A DNA stretch of 64,000 bases, taken from Candidatus Poribacteria bacterium (lineage in GTDB: Bacteria; Poribacteria; WGA-4E; WGA-3G). Below the pieces are notes generated by a model that ran no database searches, had not been told where the DNA came from, and was given only the letters and a program-made list of their open reading frames with translations. Position 1 is the first letter of the stretch, and each line of letters begins with the position of its first letter. The stretch spans positions 32,001 through 96,000 of the forward strand of contig CBDBFU010000014.1 of assembly GCA_965205025.1 (NCBI GenBank). Direction: 5' to 3'. Below are positions 18,126-28,867 of this stretch, one piece after another. The position numbers and the translations under genes are program-made.

Positions 18126-19139
18126 ATGGAAAATACAAAATTCGATACTGATTTGGAAGCTGCTGAATTTTTACGAGATGCACGCGAAAGAATCATCACC
18201 GAATTAAAGAAACAGATCATTGGTCAATCCGATGTTGTCGATCAACTACTTATAGCACTTTTTTCTCAAGGTCATTGTCTACTTGTAGGTGTACCGGGTT
18301 TAGCGAAGACACTACTGATTAGTACTTTTGCTCAAATACTCGAACTCCCATACAATCGCATTCAATTCACTCCAGACCTAATGCCATCTGATATCATTGG
18401 AACTGATATTATTGAAGAGGAGATGAATACCGGTAATCGTGCCTTTCGTTTTATTAAAGGACCAGTATTTGCAAATATAGTTCTTGCTGATGAAATTAAC
18501 CGCACACCTCCAAAGACACAAGCAGCTCTACTACAAGCAATGCAGGAATATAAGGTAACTGCAGGTGGAAATACCTATGCCTTAGAACTCCCTTTCTTTG
18601 TTTTAGCAACACAAAATCCAATTGAACAGGAAGGTACGTATCCTCTCCCTGAAGCACAACTTGACAGGTTTATGTTTAATATCTATATTGATTATCCTGA
18701 AAAATCCGAAGAGAAAGAGATTGTCCTGACGACTACCTCTGCTTATGAACCTGAGATTGAACCTGTTCTTACTGGGGATGAAGTATTAAAGTTACAACAG
18801 ATTGTACGGAAAGTTCCAATTGCTGAAGCGATGGTTGATTACGCAGTTGAACTGAGTCTAAATACCCGGCCTACCAATGATGATGCTCCAGATTTTATTA
18901 AAGACTGGGTTGATTGGGGTGCTGGACCGAGAGCATCTCAATATCTCGTGTTGGGTGCTAAGGCACGAGCAATCATGCACGGACGTTATCATGTTAGTTA
19001 TGAGGATATAAAAGCCGTGACGAAACCTGTTCTACGTCATAGAATCCTGACTAACTTCAATGCCGAAGCGGATGGTATCACGAGTTTAGATATTATCACA
19101 CGGTTATTGGATGAGGTAGAACCACCTGAATCAAATTAG
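18126..19139 (+). CDS. MoxR-family AAA+ ATPase
   Basis: GVPGLAKT, RIQFTPDLMPSD, LADEINRTPPKTQAALL, ATQNPIEQEGTYPLPEAQLDRF. Confidence 0.95.
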   Translation: MENTKFDTDLEAAEFLRDARERIITELKKQIIGQSDVVDQLLIALFSQGHCLLVGVPGLAKTLLISTFAQILELPYNRIQFTPDLMPSDIIGTDIIEEEMNTGNRAFRFIKGPVFANIVLADEINRTPPKTQAALLQAMQEYKVTAGGNTYALELPFFVLATQNPIEQEGTYPLPEAQLDRFMFNIYIDYPEKSEEKEIVLTTTSAYEPEIEPVLTGDEVLKLQQIVRKVPIAEAMVDYAVELSLNTRPTNDDAPDFIKDWVDWGAGPRASQYLVLGAKARAIMHGRYHVSYEDIKAVTKPVLRHRILTNFNAEADGITSLDIITRLLDEVEPPESN

Positions 19140-19153
19140 AGGCAATTGATGGA

Positions 19154-21868
19154 ATGATTGTTAGAGTCAGGTCGGAGGATATTCTGGTACAACAGACCAT
19201 GCAATTTCAACATAACATGTTACAAACACATCATTCCTCATTGCTACAACCCACATTTATCGCGATATTATTCTGTTTCCTACTCTTCCCTATATCATAT
19301 AATACCCATGCACAGATTAAGACTCCTGATGAGGTGTTAGGTTATCAGGTCGGAAGTGATTACAAAGTAGCAGGATGGAAAACAGTTTCTGGATATTTGC
19401 GTCAATTAGCAGAAAACTCTGATCGGATTGTCGCACAAGAATTAGGTAAGACGACAGATGGAAAGGATTTCTTACTCCTACTCATCTCAGCACCAGAGAA
19501 TTTTGATAAAGTAGACTTTTACAAGGAAAATCAACGTAAACTGGCTTTTCCAAATGATGAAATGGTGCCTGAACTGGATGCCATCTGCCAAGATGGAAAG
19601 GCAGTTGTCCTCATCAATTGTAACTTACATTCCACTGAAATCGCGTCCTCCCAGATGTCGATGGAATTTGCCTATGAATTCGCTACACAAGATACACCAG
19701 AGATTAATAAAATTCTTGAAAATGTCATTATTCTATTAGTGCCATCTGCAAATCCTGATGGTTTAGACATCGTAGTGGATTGGTACAATCGTACAGTCGG
19801 TACACCCTATGAAGGGGCAGAGCTGCCGTGGTTATACCATAAATATACAGGACATGACAACAATCGAGATTGGTTTATGTTGACACAGGTTGAAACACAG
19901 ATACTCACCCGTGTTCTGTATGAAGAGTGGTTCCCAGAGATAGTATATGATGTACATGAAATGAGTTATCGTGGACCACGATTCGTTATTCCACCTTACT
20001 TTGAACCGATGAATCCAAACATTCCACCAATTCTACAGAGAACATTATCTTTGATTGGGGCACAGTTGGCATACGATTTTACGGATAAAGGTTTTACAGG
20101 TGTACTTTCAAATGCCGTTTATGATTCATGGTGGCATGGTGGATTTCGGACTGTCCCATATCGCCACAATATGGTTGGGATATTAACGGAAGCAGCACGT
20201 GTAGAGATAGCAACTCCAATTTTTCAACCCAGAGAATCCTTAAAAGGGTATAGGAGAGGACTCGACAAATATACACTACGCACCAACTTTCCTGAACCGT
20301 GGCCAGGTGGATGGTGGCGTTTACGGAACATTGTAGACTATGAAAAGACAGCAGCGTTGTCCATACTCACTTTTGCAGCAGACAATAAGGTGATGTTAAA
20401 AAGTAATTTTTATAAGATGGGTCTTAACGCAATTAAAAAAGGACAGAATGAACCACCTCGTGCTTTTCTAATTCCAGAACAACAAAGAGACATTCACACC
20501 ATGCTGAAGATGTTAGATATCTTAAAACGAGGTGGTGTGAAAATACATCAATCCACAAACTTTTTCACTGCAGATGGAGTGGAATACCCAGAAGGAACTT
20601 ATGTTGTATTGATGGCACAACCTTTCCGAGCACATGCCAAAGATCTACTTGAAGTACAACACTATCCAGAACGACGTCCATCTCCAGAATCATCACCCGA
20701 ACGACCTTATGATGTTGCTGGATGGACGCTTCCTCTACAGATGGGAGTTAGAACTGTAACCGTTGTGCATCCTTTTGAGGCAGAGTTGGAATTAGTAGAC
20801 ACAATTCCTAAGGTAGAAGGAAATCTAATTTCTATTGCTGAAGCGACAAGATTTCTTTTTGAGAATCAGACGAATGTTGATGCTATAGTTCTGAACCGTC
20901 TATTTAAAAAGGCTATCGAGGATAAAACTTTATTACTCTATTCCTCAAGTAAAGAAGTAAAGAGTGGGGATAAGACTTTTCCACGCGGTACGATTCTTAT
21001 CAGAAAATTGGCAGATGGAATAACTTTAGATGAAGAAATACAGGACATCGCAGAAACGTATGGGATTCAGATATACGCTGATGATTCGATTGATGAGGAT
21101 ACACTTGATAGATCTTTCCTACCTATTTCCCGACCACGACTTGGATTGTATAAACCGTGGTTAGCAAGTATGGATGAAGGTTGGACACGATGGGTTTTGG
21201 ACTCCCATCAGTTTGCTTATAACAGTCTTACGAATTCTGAAATTCGCGCGGGAAATTTGACTGAACGCTATGATGCTATAATCCTTCCTGATATTGGTGC
21301 ATCAAGGATTCTGAATGGACATCCAACCGGAAAACTTCCACTGGAATATGTTGGAGGTATAGGTAATGAAGGATTGGCTAATTTACGTAGATTTGTAGAA
21401 GAAGGTGGAAGTCTAATCTGTTTGAATGCTGCCACGCAACTCCCATTAGAGTACTTTGGATTAGAAGATAAAGGGATTGTTAATGTTGTAAAACAAGCCA
21501 AAAAACCGGGTGAACCAGAATTCTTCTGTCCTGGGTCTTTATTACGTGTATGGATTGATACAAAACATCCCATTGGTTATGGTTTAGATAAAGAAATGGC
21601 TATCATGTTTAAATTTAGTCCTGCATTTGAAGGAGCACGAAGCGGTGCAAAACCAATTGCCACATATCCAGAATTTAATCCATTGATGAGTGGTTGGATA
21701 GAGGGTGAGAAACGAATTCAACAGAAATCCGCGTTATTGGATGTAGAATTAGGGGATGGTCGTGTGATTCTATTTGGTTTCAAACCGCAACAACGGGGTC
21801 AGTCCCACGGAACCTTCAAGTTGCTCTTCAATGCGATTTATTATAGCTCAGTAGATTCTGATGGATAG
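19154..21868 (+). CDS. Secreted M14 zinc carboxypeptidase with C-terminal GATase-like domain (true start may be further downstream)
   Basis: HSTE (HxxE), NPDG, HDNNRD, DVHEM; later PYDVAGWTLP and DEGWTRW motifs. Confidence 0.85.
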   Translation: MIVRVRSEDILVQQTMQFQHNMLQTHHSSLLQPTFIAILFCFLLFPISYNTHAQIKTPDEVLGYQVGSDYKVAGWKTVSGYLRQLAENSDRIVAQELGKTTDGKDFLLLLISAPENFDKVDFYKENQRKLAFPNDEMVPELDAICQDGKAVVLINCNLHSTEIASSQMSMEFAYEFATQDTPEINKILENVIILLVPSANPDGLDIVVDWYNRTVGTPYEGAELPWLYHKYTGHDNNRDWFMLTQVETQILTRVLYEEWFPEIVYDVHEMSYRGPRFVIPPYFEPMNPNIPPILQRTLSLIGAQLAYDFTDKGFTGVLSNAVYDSWWHGGFRTVPYRHNMVGILTEAARVEIATPIFQPRESLKGYRRGLDKYTLRTNFPEPWPGGWWRLRNIVDYEKTAALSILTFAADNKVMLKSNFYKMGLNAIKKGQNEPPRAFLIPEQQRDIHTMLKMLDILKRGGVKIHQSTNFFTADGVEYPEGTYVVLMAQPFRAHAKDLLEVQHYPERRPSPESSPERPYDVAGWTLPLQMGVRTVTVVHPFEAELELVDTIPKVEGNLISIAEATRFLFENQTNVDAIVLNRLFKKAIEDKTLLLYSSSKEVKSGDKTFPRGTILIRKLADGITLDEEIQDIAETYGIQIYADDSIDEDTLDRSFLPISRPRLGLYKPWLASMDEGWTRWVLDSHQFAYNSLTNSEIRAGNLTERYDAIILPDIGASRILNGHPTGKLPLEYVGGIGNEGLANLRRFVEEGGSLICLNAATQLPLEYFGLEDKGIVNVVKQAKKPGEPEFFCPGSLLRVWIDTKHPIGYGLDKEMAIMFKFSPAFEGARSGAKPIATYPEFNPLMSGWIEGEKRIQQKSALLDVELGDGRVILFGFKPQQRGQSHGTFKLLFNAIYYSSVDSDG

Positions 21869-21903
21869 ACAATGAAATGATAAAAGAGGAACGAGGATTC
21901 TAA

Positions 21904-22491
21904 ATGGAAGAGAATCAGATGCATTTTGGAAGAACTAAAGTATACTCAGATCAGAATACCCTATTCACAGCTGAAGAATTATGGGATCTGGATAATCAAT
22001 ATCGTTATGAATTGATCAGAGGTGAATTATGGATGAAACCCTTGAATGGGTTTGAACATGGTGTCATAGCATCAATAATTGGACATTTTCTTTCCTTGCA
22101 TGTTGAAAGATATCATTTAGGTAATGTTTGTGGTGCGGGAACTGGATTTCATACTTCTCAACATCCAGATACCGTATTGGCACCAGATGCCGCATTTGTA
22201 AACCAGACTTCAATTGATGAACATGGTATTCCGAAAGGATATTGGGTCGGAGCACCTGATCTTGCAGTTGAAATCATATCTCCCAACGATACATATACAG
22301 AAGTCGCAGAAAAGGCAAATCAATGGCTAAATGCTGGATGTAAAATGGTGTGGGTCATAAACCCACGTCGAGAAACAGTCGAAGTATATCGTTCTATTGA
22401 GGATATTACTGTTTTACGTGGGGATGAAATCCTTGAAGGTGGGGAGGTTATAGAAGGTTTTCAGTGTCGTGTGGAGAATCTTTTTGTATAG
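21904..22491 (+). CDS. Uma2 (DUF820) family PD-(D/E)XK endonuclease-like protein
   Basis: YELIRGEL, LAPDAAFV, APDLAVEIISP, VWVINP. Confidence 0.9.
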   Translation: MEENQMHFGRTKVYSDQNTLFTAEELWDLDNQYRYELIRGELWMKPLNGFEHGVIASIIGHFLSLHVERYHLGNVCGAGTGFHTSQHPDTVLAPDAAFVNQTSIDEHGIPKGYWVGAPDLAVEIISPNDTYTEVAEKANQWLNAGCKMVWVINPRRETVEVYRSIEDITVLRGDEILEGGEVIEGFQCRVENLFV

Positions 22492-22507
22492 CGAATAATC
22501 TATCACA

Positions 22508-23890
22508 TTATTCCTTAGAATCTTCTGAAATCAATATGTCACTATCCGATTCATCATCCTGTTTATAGACTTCCAGTTTTCTATGTAAAGTACGCACACC
22601 GATATTTAGTATTCTTGCTGCTTCAGTCTTATTATTTCCCGTCTCTGTCAACGTTTTTTCAATCGCTTCACGTTCAATTTCCTCCATAGTCATACCAACA
22701 CGTCCGATTGAATCTTCTTCAACACTCCTCTGAGTGCCAATAGGGGAGTGTATGCCAGTTCGTCCGTTTTCAGGTATTGGTAACGGGATTAATCCTTCTT
22801 CTGTTCTTTGTTCAACGGCTTTAGCAATGGTTGAAAGTACATCTAAGGTTTTTCGTAGGATTGATGCGGTGTCTTCAGTTTCTGTCGCCTGCAACCAACT
22901 GGTGTCTTCGTCAGGAATAAGTGATGGCATTTCACCACTCTCATTAGCATGGGGTTCCAGCAAACGTACGGCAGAAAGAATTAATCCAAGAATAGTTTTA
23001 TATACCGCTTCGCTTTCTGTTGCGATTAATTGCGGATCAGGATTTACGACTTTAATGGATGTCCCTGACTCATCAAGAATCTGTATCGGATATTTTGTAT
23101 GTTGAGATTCTATATCTGTTGGAATGTCTTTTAATTCAATTTCATCCGATGCTGTTAGGATGATAGCAGATTCAATGGCGTTTTTGAGTTGACGGACGTT
23201 CCCATACCATGCGGCATTTTGAAGATAGTTAAGTGCTTCAGGTTTAATCCCTGTAACCTCTTTACTATGTTTTTCACTTAATTCTGAGATAAATGCATCC
23301 ACGAAGAGAGGAATATCTTCGCGTCTTTCTCGTAAAGGAGGGATTCGGATATGGAACAGGTTTAAACGGTAATAGAGATCTTCTCGGAACTTATCGGTTT
23401 GAACCGAATGTCCAAGATCGACGTTTGTGGCAGCAATTATGCGGACATCTACTTTTACATTCTTTTCACCACCGAGTCGAGTGAATTCCTGGTTTTCTAA
23501 TACACGAAGAAATTTCACTTGAACTTCTGGCGACATCTCACCTATTTCATCAAGAAATAGCGTGCCACCATCAGCCAATTCAAACACACCTCGCCGTTGT
23601 CCAGTAGCCCCTGTAAAAGCTCCTTTTTCATGCCCAAAGAGTTCACTTTGTAGAAGGTCTTGGTAGAATACGCCACAGTTGACAGCTTTAAAGACTTTGC
23701 TTTTCCGCTGACTATTTTCGTGGATAGTTTCTGCGATAACCTCTTTCCCAACACCTGTTTCCCCTGTGATTAGAACAGTGGCATCTGTTGGAGCAACTTT
23801 CGCAACTTTACGCCATACAGATTGTATCTGCTCCGATTTACCTATTATAGGGTATGAAGGTGGATTTGAAAGGGGTGTTGGAAGATTCAT
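22508..23890 (-). CDS. Sigma54-dependent enhancer-binding protein lacking an N-terminal sensor domain
   Basis: [44 protein letters not shown]; Fis-type [25 protein letters not shown]. Confidence 0.9.
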   Translation of the reverse strand: MNLPTPLSNPPSYPIIGKSEQIQSVWRKVAKVAPTDATVLITGETGVGKEVIAETIHENSQRKSKVFKAVNCGVFYQDLLQSELFGHEKGAFTGATGQRRGVFELADGGTLFLDEIGEMSPEVQVKFLRVLENQEFTRLGGEKNVKVDVRIIAATNVDLGHSVQTDKFREDLYYRLNLFHIRIPPLRERREDIPLFVDAFISELSEKHSKEVTGIKPEALNYLQNAAWYGNVRQLKNAIESAIILTASDEIELKDIPTDIESQHTKYPIQILDESGTSIKVVNPDPQLIATESEAVYKTILGLILSAVRLLEPHANESGEMPSLIPDEDTSWLQATETEDTASILRKTLDVLSTIAKAVEQRTEEGLIPLPIPENGRTGIHSPIGTQRSVEEDSIGRVGMTMEEIEREAIEKTLTETGNNKTEAARILNIGVRTLHRKLEVYKQDDESDSDILISEDSKE

Positions 23891-23932
23891 TTTTCTCTCC
23901 CTATAGACCCATTGGAAGAAGGTACAACTAAC

Positions 23933-24670
23933 CTACTTGATAATATCAAGTAACACTTCAGGATTATCTTTTACCTGCTCAAAAACCTCAATACCTTGTT
24001 CACATGCTGCTTTGCACAATTTCCTCATAACAACACCTTTCAGTGCCCAGTTTGTGGTACGTAAGCTTTTCTGTAATTCACTTCCTGTTTCAACAACATG
24101 AACATTAGGCAGATTCTCATCTACTGCCTTTTTCTGGCTTTTTGGAAGTAAGAAGACTATAGAAACTGAACGTTCTACTTCAAATACACGTTGCAATGAC
24201 GCAATGTCATCAGGTCGTAATAATGAGAATACAAGGTCATAACCTTCGAGTAAAGCCACTGTTCGTTCAGGAACACCAGTATCATCTAATTCTAAAACAT
24301 CCAGTTCATGAAGTGGGGAAGTATCAAACGGAACGATGATATCCTCTTCGTTGACAGGATCCATCTTGCCGTCAACACGACAATGATACCAAGGAAAATA
24401 CAGATCTATAGAATGCTTTCCATAGTTCTTGTGTCCACGAATCTGATCCAACCCTTTACGTAACTCCACATAAAGAGGACCAGTGAACATATCCTTAGCC
24501 GGTAATCGAAAATCTTTATCTTTGTCGTGCCAACCTTCTTCGTTAAAACCACACAGTTCTTTGATTCTCGATTTTAACCGGTCTGGGGAACTACAATCTT
24601 CCGCATCAAGGGGATTATCAATTTTATGCTTCTGACCCGTTGTATAAGAATTAAAAACCAATACCTTCAC
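23933..24670 (-). CDS. Hypothetical protein, weak resemblance to YaaA/DUF6884-like proteins
   Basis: LPAKDMFTG, IDLYF and IIVPFD resemble the PAxxMYTG / IxPYD pattern of that group; recognised by eye only. Confidence 0.4.
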   Translation of the reverse strand: MKVLVFNSYTTGQKHKIDNPLDAEDCSSPDRLKSRIKELCGFNEEGWHDKDKDFRLPAKDMFTGPLYVELRKGLDQIRGHKNYGKHSIDLYFPWYHCRVDGKMDPVNEEDIIVPFDTSPLHELDVLELDDTGVPERTVALLEGYDLVFSLLRPDDIASLQRVFEVERSVSIVFLLPKSQKKAVDENLPNVHVVETGSELQKSLRTTNWALKGVVMRKLCKAACEQGIEVFEQVKDNPEVLLDIIK

Positions 24671-24673
24671 GCT

Positions 24674-25840
24674 CTATGCCTCCTGGTTATGTTCTCTACG
24701 CTGCCATAAGTATAGAATAGGACTGGCGATGAAGATAGAGGAATATGTACCAATGAGAACACCTACAATCAATGCTAAGGCAAATGTATTGATTTCTTCG
24801 CCTGCACTGGAGAGGACAAAAATAACAATAACAACAAATAAAGTTGTTATGGATGTAATCACTGTTCTACTGAGCGACTGATTGATGCTACGGTTGACGA
24901 CATCTATGTATTCAGTACCACGCAAAGATATACCATTTTCGCGAATTCTGTCAAATACAACAATTGTGTCATTGAGTGAATAACCGATAATTGTAAGAAA
25001 CGCAGCAACAGTTGGTAGATTTATCTCTTTTGTAAGGACAGCAAATAGACCCAGAGTAATCATCACATCATGGACAAGGGCTGCAATAGCACCGATAGCA
25101 AAACGGAATTCAAAACGCCACGAAATATATACGAGTAAGATTGCAATTGACGCGAGAACAGACCATAAAGCAGACCATTTAAGGTCTTTACCAACACTTG
25201 GTCCTACTTCAGTAACATTCACACTATCCGATATTGCTGCCCATCCCTCACCACCTTCAAGAAGTGCGTCGGTGAGTATTCTTCCAATACTTGCTTGTAT
25301 CTGAATAGTAGCATTTTCAGATAGGTCCGTTTCAAATGCATTTGCAAATGTAATATCTATCATACCTGCATCAGCATCTGGTTCAAGGGCAATAATTTCG
25401 TTAATGCGTCGTTCATCCCCTTCAATTATTTCAACGGTATCATTAACCGATAATAGATGTATCTTTTCGACTGTACTACTAACCCTTAGTTTTGTGGCAG
25501 TAGCATCGCCAGGATCACCTTCTATAGGTATGTTAAACGACTGCTTCTGAAATTCGGCTCGATATCCCATTGAGATGAATGCTTTATTTTCGTTCGGATC
25601 GAGTTGTATCTTGGCATCTCCATACCCCAATTCAGATAACTTGGTTTTCAATTCTGCTTCTGTTATAGATTTACTAAATATTGCTTCAATCTTAACGCCA
25701 CCACGAAAGTCTATTCCAAAATTAGGACCTCCATGGAATATGAGGAACGCAATTCCGATTAAGATTAATATGGCAGAGAAAGTAAACCCAGAACGGTATT
25801 TGTTGATAAAATCAAATTTTGTATCTCTTAATAGTTGCAA
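24674..25840 (-). CDS. secF: Protein translocase subunit SecF
   Basis: NFGIDFRGG, VGPSVG, ALVHD, GYSLNDTIVVFDRIRE, GTYSSIFIA. Confidence 0.95.
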   Translation of the reverse strand: MQLLRDTKFDFINKYRSGFTFSAILILIGIAFLIFHGGPNFGIDFRGGVKIEAIFSKSITEAELKTKLSELGYGDAKIQLDPNENKAFISMGYRAEFQKQSFNIPIEGDPGDATATKLRVSSTVEKIHLLSVNDTVEIIEGDERRINEIIALEPDADAGMIDITFANAFETDLSENATIQIQASIGRILTDALLEGGEGWAAISDSVNVTEVGPSVGKDLKWSALWSVLASIAILLVYISWRFEFRFAIGAIAALVHDVMITLGLFAVLTKEINLPTVAAFLTIIGYSLNDTIVVFDRIRENGISLRGTEYIDVVNRSINQSLSRTVITSITTLFVVIVIFVLSSAGEEINTFALALIVGVLIGTYSSIFIASPILYLWQRREHNQEA

Positions 25841-25931
25841 TTTTTAAATCCTCTCAATCTTCGCTTCACTTCGTAGGAAAATATCTATTTTTACCGATAA
25901 AGCCTACCGTGAAGGAAATTGTCTCCTTTAA

Positions 25932-27879
25932 TTAGATGCTAAGTTTCTCCACATCCCGATTTCCTATAGTCAGTCCGTATATTTCACGCGTGACAACAAT
26001 TGCAGTGAACATACTGGCAAGAATACCAATACCAAGTGTTACCGCAAACCCCTTTATTGGACCTGTTCCAAACTGATACAGGACAAGGGCGGTAAAAAAG
26101 GTTGTTAGGTTTGCATCTAAGATAGTCACAAATGCGCGTTGATATCCGCTTGTAATTGCTTGCCATACAGGTTTCCCCTGAACGTAATTCCTCCCGGATT
26201 CGTTCGAAAATCAGAACATTTGCATCGACTGACATCCCAATTGTGAGTACAAGACCTGCTATGCCGGGTAGAGTTAATGCCGCTCCGAATCCTGCCAATG
26301 CCCCGAGAATGATTATCATATTAAAAACAAGTGCGACGATAGCAATTAAACCGGAAAACCTATAATAGATGACCATAAACACCAACACCCCTGCTAAACC
26401 AATGATAGCAGCCTTCACCCCATTATCTATAGAATTCTTACCTAATGTAGGACCGACGGCTCGTTCCTCGCCAACCTGAACACCAACAGGGAACGCACCA
26501 GCTTTAAGGATATTAGACAGATAGTTTGCCTCCTCAAAACTGAAATTTCCTTCAATCATCGCCGTACCGAATATTTGAGAATTAATGACTGGGGCAGACT
26601 GTACTTTATCATCAAGAAGTATAGCTAAGTGTTCACCGATATGATTACCCGTAATTTGGGCAAATTTACGTGTACCTTCGCTATCAAAATCAATGAGAAC
26701 AACAATCTCAAAACTGGTACTTCCTGAACTGGGTCGTGCCTTAGTAATATGATTTCCAGATAAGAGGACAGGACTTTCAAGCACATACCAGTTACCTGTT
26801 TCGTGATGATAACGAATTTCACTGTTTTCAGGAAGGTCATCTGGAGGCGCGGTATCCGCTGAACCCGACCATAAACTTCCACCTGTTGGGGATTTCTTTA
26901 CAATCTTAAACTCCAACCGTCCCATTGTTTGTACAATACGGAGTGGTTTTGAAGAATCCTTCGCTCCCGGAAGTTCAACGATGATTCGAGGTCTATTTGC
27001 TTCCTGTCGAATTGAAGGTTCGGAAACACCAAAAGCATCAACACGATTTCGTAAGACTATCAACACCTGTTCTATCGCTTGATCACTATATTCATTCATC
27101 CCTTTAGTACTAAGTCGCAGACGATAAGTAGTTTGTGTATCTTTCTCTACTAATACCTCCGCATTATCGAAAAAGTTCACATCATTTAACAATTCGACGG
27201 CTTTATCAAGATATTTTTTCTTTTCTTCTTGGTCTGATCTAAGACGCGATGGAATTTCTATGAGTACGTTTAAGGCATCTTCGTTGGGGACTTGTTCAGC
27301 CTGTCTACATAAAACCTGTTCAGCCCTTAAACTCTCTGGAATAGAGAAAGCGTTTTCTTTCAGTAAAGCTTTTTTCGATTCTTCAAGATTGATCTCAAGA
27401 ACCAGGTGTACCCCACCCTTCAAGTCTAAACCTAACTTTAATCGATTCTCAGGGAGTATAGTTCTTAATCCTATCGGTAAACTTCCGTAAAGATGTAAAT
27501 TCTCCAACGTTCCAGCAGGATTTTCTTTAGCTTTATCGGAAATTAAGTTTACGAAAAATTCTTTGTCTTCAGTTGTATCAAACTGATAGTCAGTTGTCTC
27601 TTCTAAACCGAGCTTATTTAATTGGACATTGAAAACATCCTGCAGTTCTTCGGATGCTTCGTGGAAATTAGTTCCCTCAGGTAGATCTACCTCTGATAAA
27701 TCAAGTCTGAATGCATTATCTTCTGTGATTTCAAACTGAGGGATTCTCTCCTGCAACACGCGTGGTATGTTTCCATACAACGGTAGGTATAATTTGTCCA
27801 GTGTAGGGATAAGGTATAAGACTGATAGTAGTAAAATACCTAATATTAAAACAATTCTCCAGATATTGAATCTGTACAT
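25932..27879 (-). CDS. secD: Protein translocase subunit SecD with +1 frameshift at the G4 run 26175-26178
   Basis: LKLGLDLKGG, RNRVDAFGVSEP, GMSVDANVLIFERIREE. Removing one G gives SGKPVWQAITSGYQRAFVTILDANLTT...GPIKGFA. Confidence 0.9.
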
Positions 27880-28091
27880 CAAATGCTCCTGTGTTCTATT
27901 ACTAAATTTACGGATGCAAGAATAGGTAAAGTTTTATTTTCTCACAATTGATTGGCTGTATAGAAGATCTAAGAATATCTAACCAAGTTTATGGTAATTG
28001 AAGTTCGGTTAAAATCCACATCCGTAATACTATGTCAATTGTCTGCATCCCAACTCATAGTATGGGACGCTGCTATTTTCTTGCTAATAAG

Positions 28092-28164
28092 TGCGCCTGG
28101 GAGGAATCGAACCCCCGACACGAGGCTTAGGAAGCCCCTGCTCTATCCCCTGAGCTACAGGCGC
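28092..28164 (-). tRNA. tRNA-Arg (anticodon CCT), CCA not encoded
   Basis: Acceptor GCGCCTG/CAGGCGC, D-arm GCTC/GAGC, anticodon arm GGGGC-TTCCTAA-GCCTC, T-loop GTTCGATTC. Confidence 0.95.
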
Positions 28165-28240
28165 ATTGCCACTCTTATCCCCTCGTATAATTGACGCTGA
28201 ATCTTATAATTTGCAACAGAAAATTATAACATAGTATAGT

Positions 28241-28756
28241 TCAGAATTCAACGAGAGAAAAAACCGGTTGATTTTCTATCTTCTTTCTACCCTCAAGTTC
28301 CTTGAGTTCAATTAAAAGGGCTATACCGATTATGTTACCACCAAGTTTCTCAACAAGTTCAACTGATGCGGCAAGTGTACCACCCGTGGCTAATACATCA
28401 TCACAGATAAGGATACGGCTGCCTTCGGAGAAAGCATCTTTATGAATAGCAAGCGTATCCCTTCCATATTCAAGGTCATACGTCACTTCATAACACTCAA
28501 AAGGCAGTTTCCCACTTTTCCGAATTGGAACAAAACCGATACCAAGCCTTTGAGCCAAGGCTGCCGCGACTATAAACCCACGGGCGTCAATTCCAATTAT
28601 TACATCTATTGACTCAGATTTATATTTGTCCGCAAATACTTCGATTGCCGCATTAAACGCTGTGCCATTTCCTAAAAGCGGTGTAATGTCTTTAAATGTA
28701 ATACCTTGTATGGGAAAGTTCGGTATATCTCGTATGTAATTTGTAAAATCGTTCAT
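28241..28756 (-). CDS. apt: Adenine phosphoribosyltransferase
   Basis: IPNFPIQGITFKDITPLL, RKSGKLP, YDLEYG, ICDDVLATGGT. Confidence 0.95.
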   Translation of the reverse strand: MNDFTNYIRDIPNFPIQGITFKDITPLLGNGTAFNAAIEVFADKYKSESIDVIIGIDARGFIVAAALAQRLGIGFVPIRKSGKLPFECYEVTYDLEYGRDTLAIHKDAFSEGSRILICDDVLATGGTLAASVELVEKLGGNIIGIALLIELKELEGRKKIENQPVFSLVEF

Positions 28757-28867
28757 AATTATTTACGATTATGATGACACAAATGTAGATTCTATTTTGT
28801 TCCTTACTAAATAAGTTGTGTGTTTTATTTTAAATTATACCAGTCTTATCTTCCATTACCACATACA

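Noticed and set aside
26156-26190. Programmed frameshift in secD
   Set aside because: No recognised slippery heptamer or precedent known to me; a homopolymer error is simpler
28045-28164. tRNA-Arg as an island integration site
   Set aside because: No integrase or duplicated tRNA 3' end is visible; flanks are secD and apt
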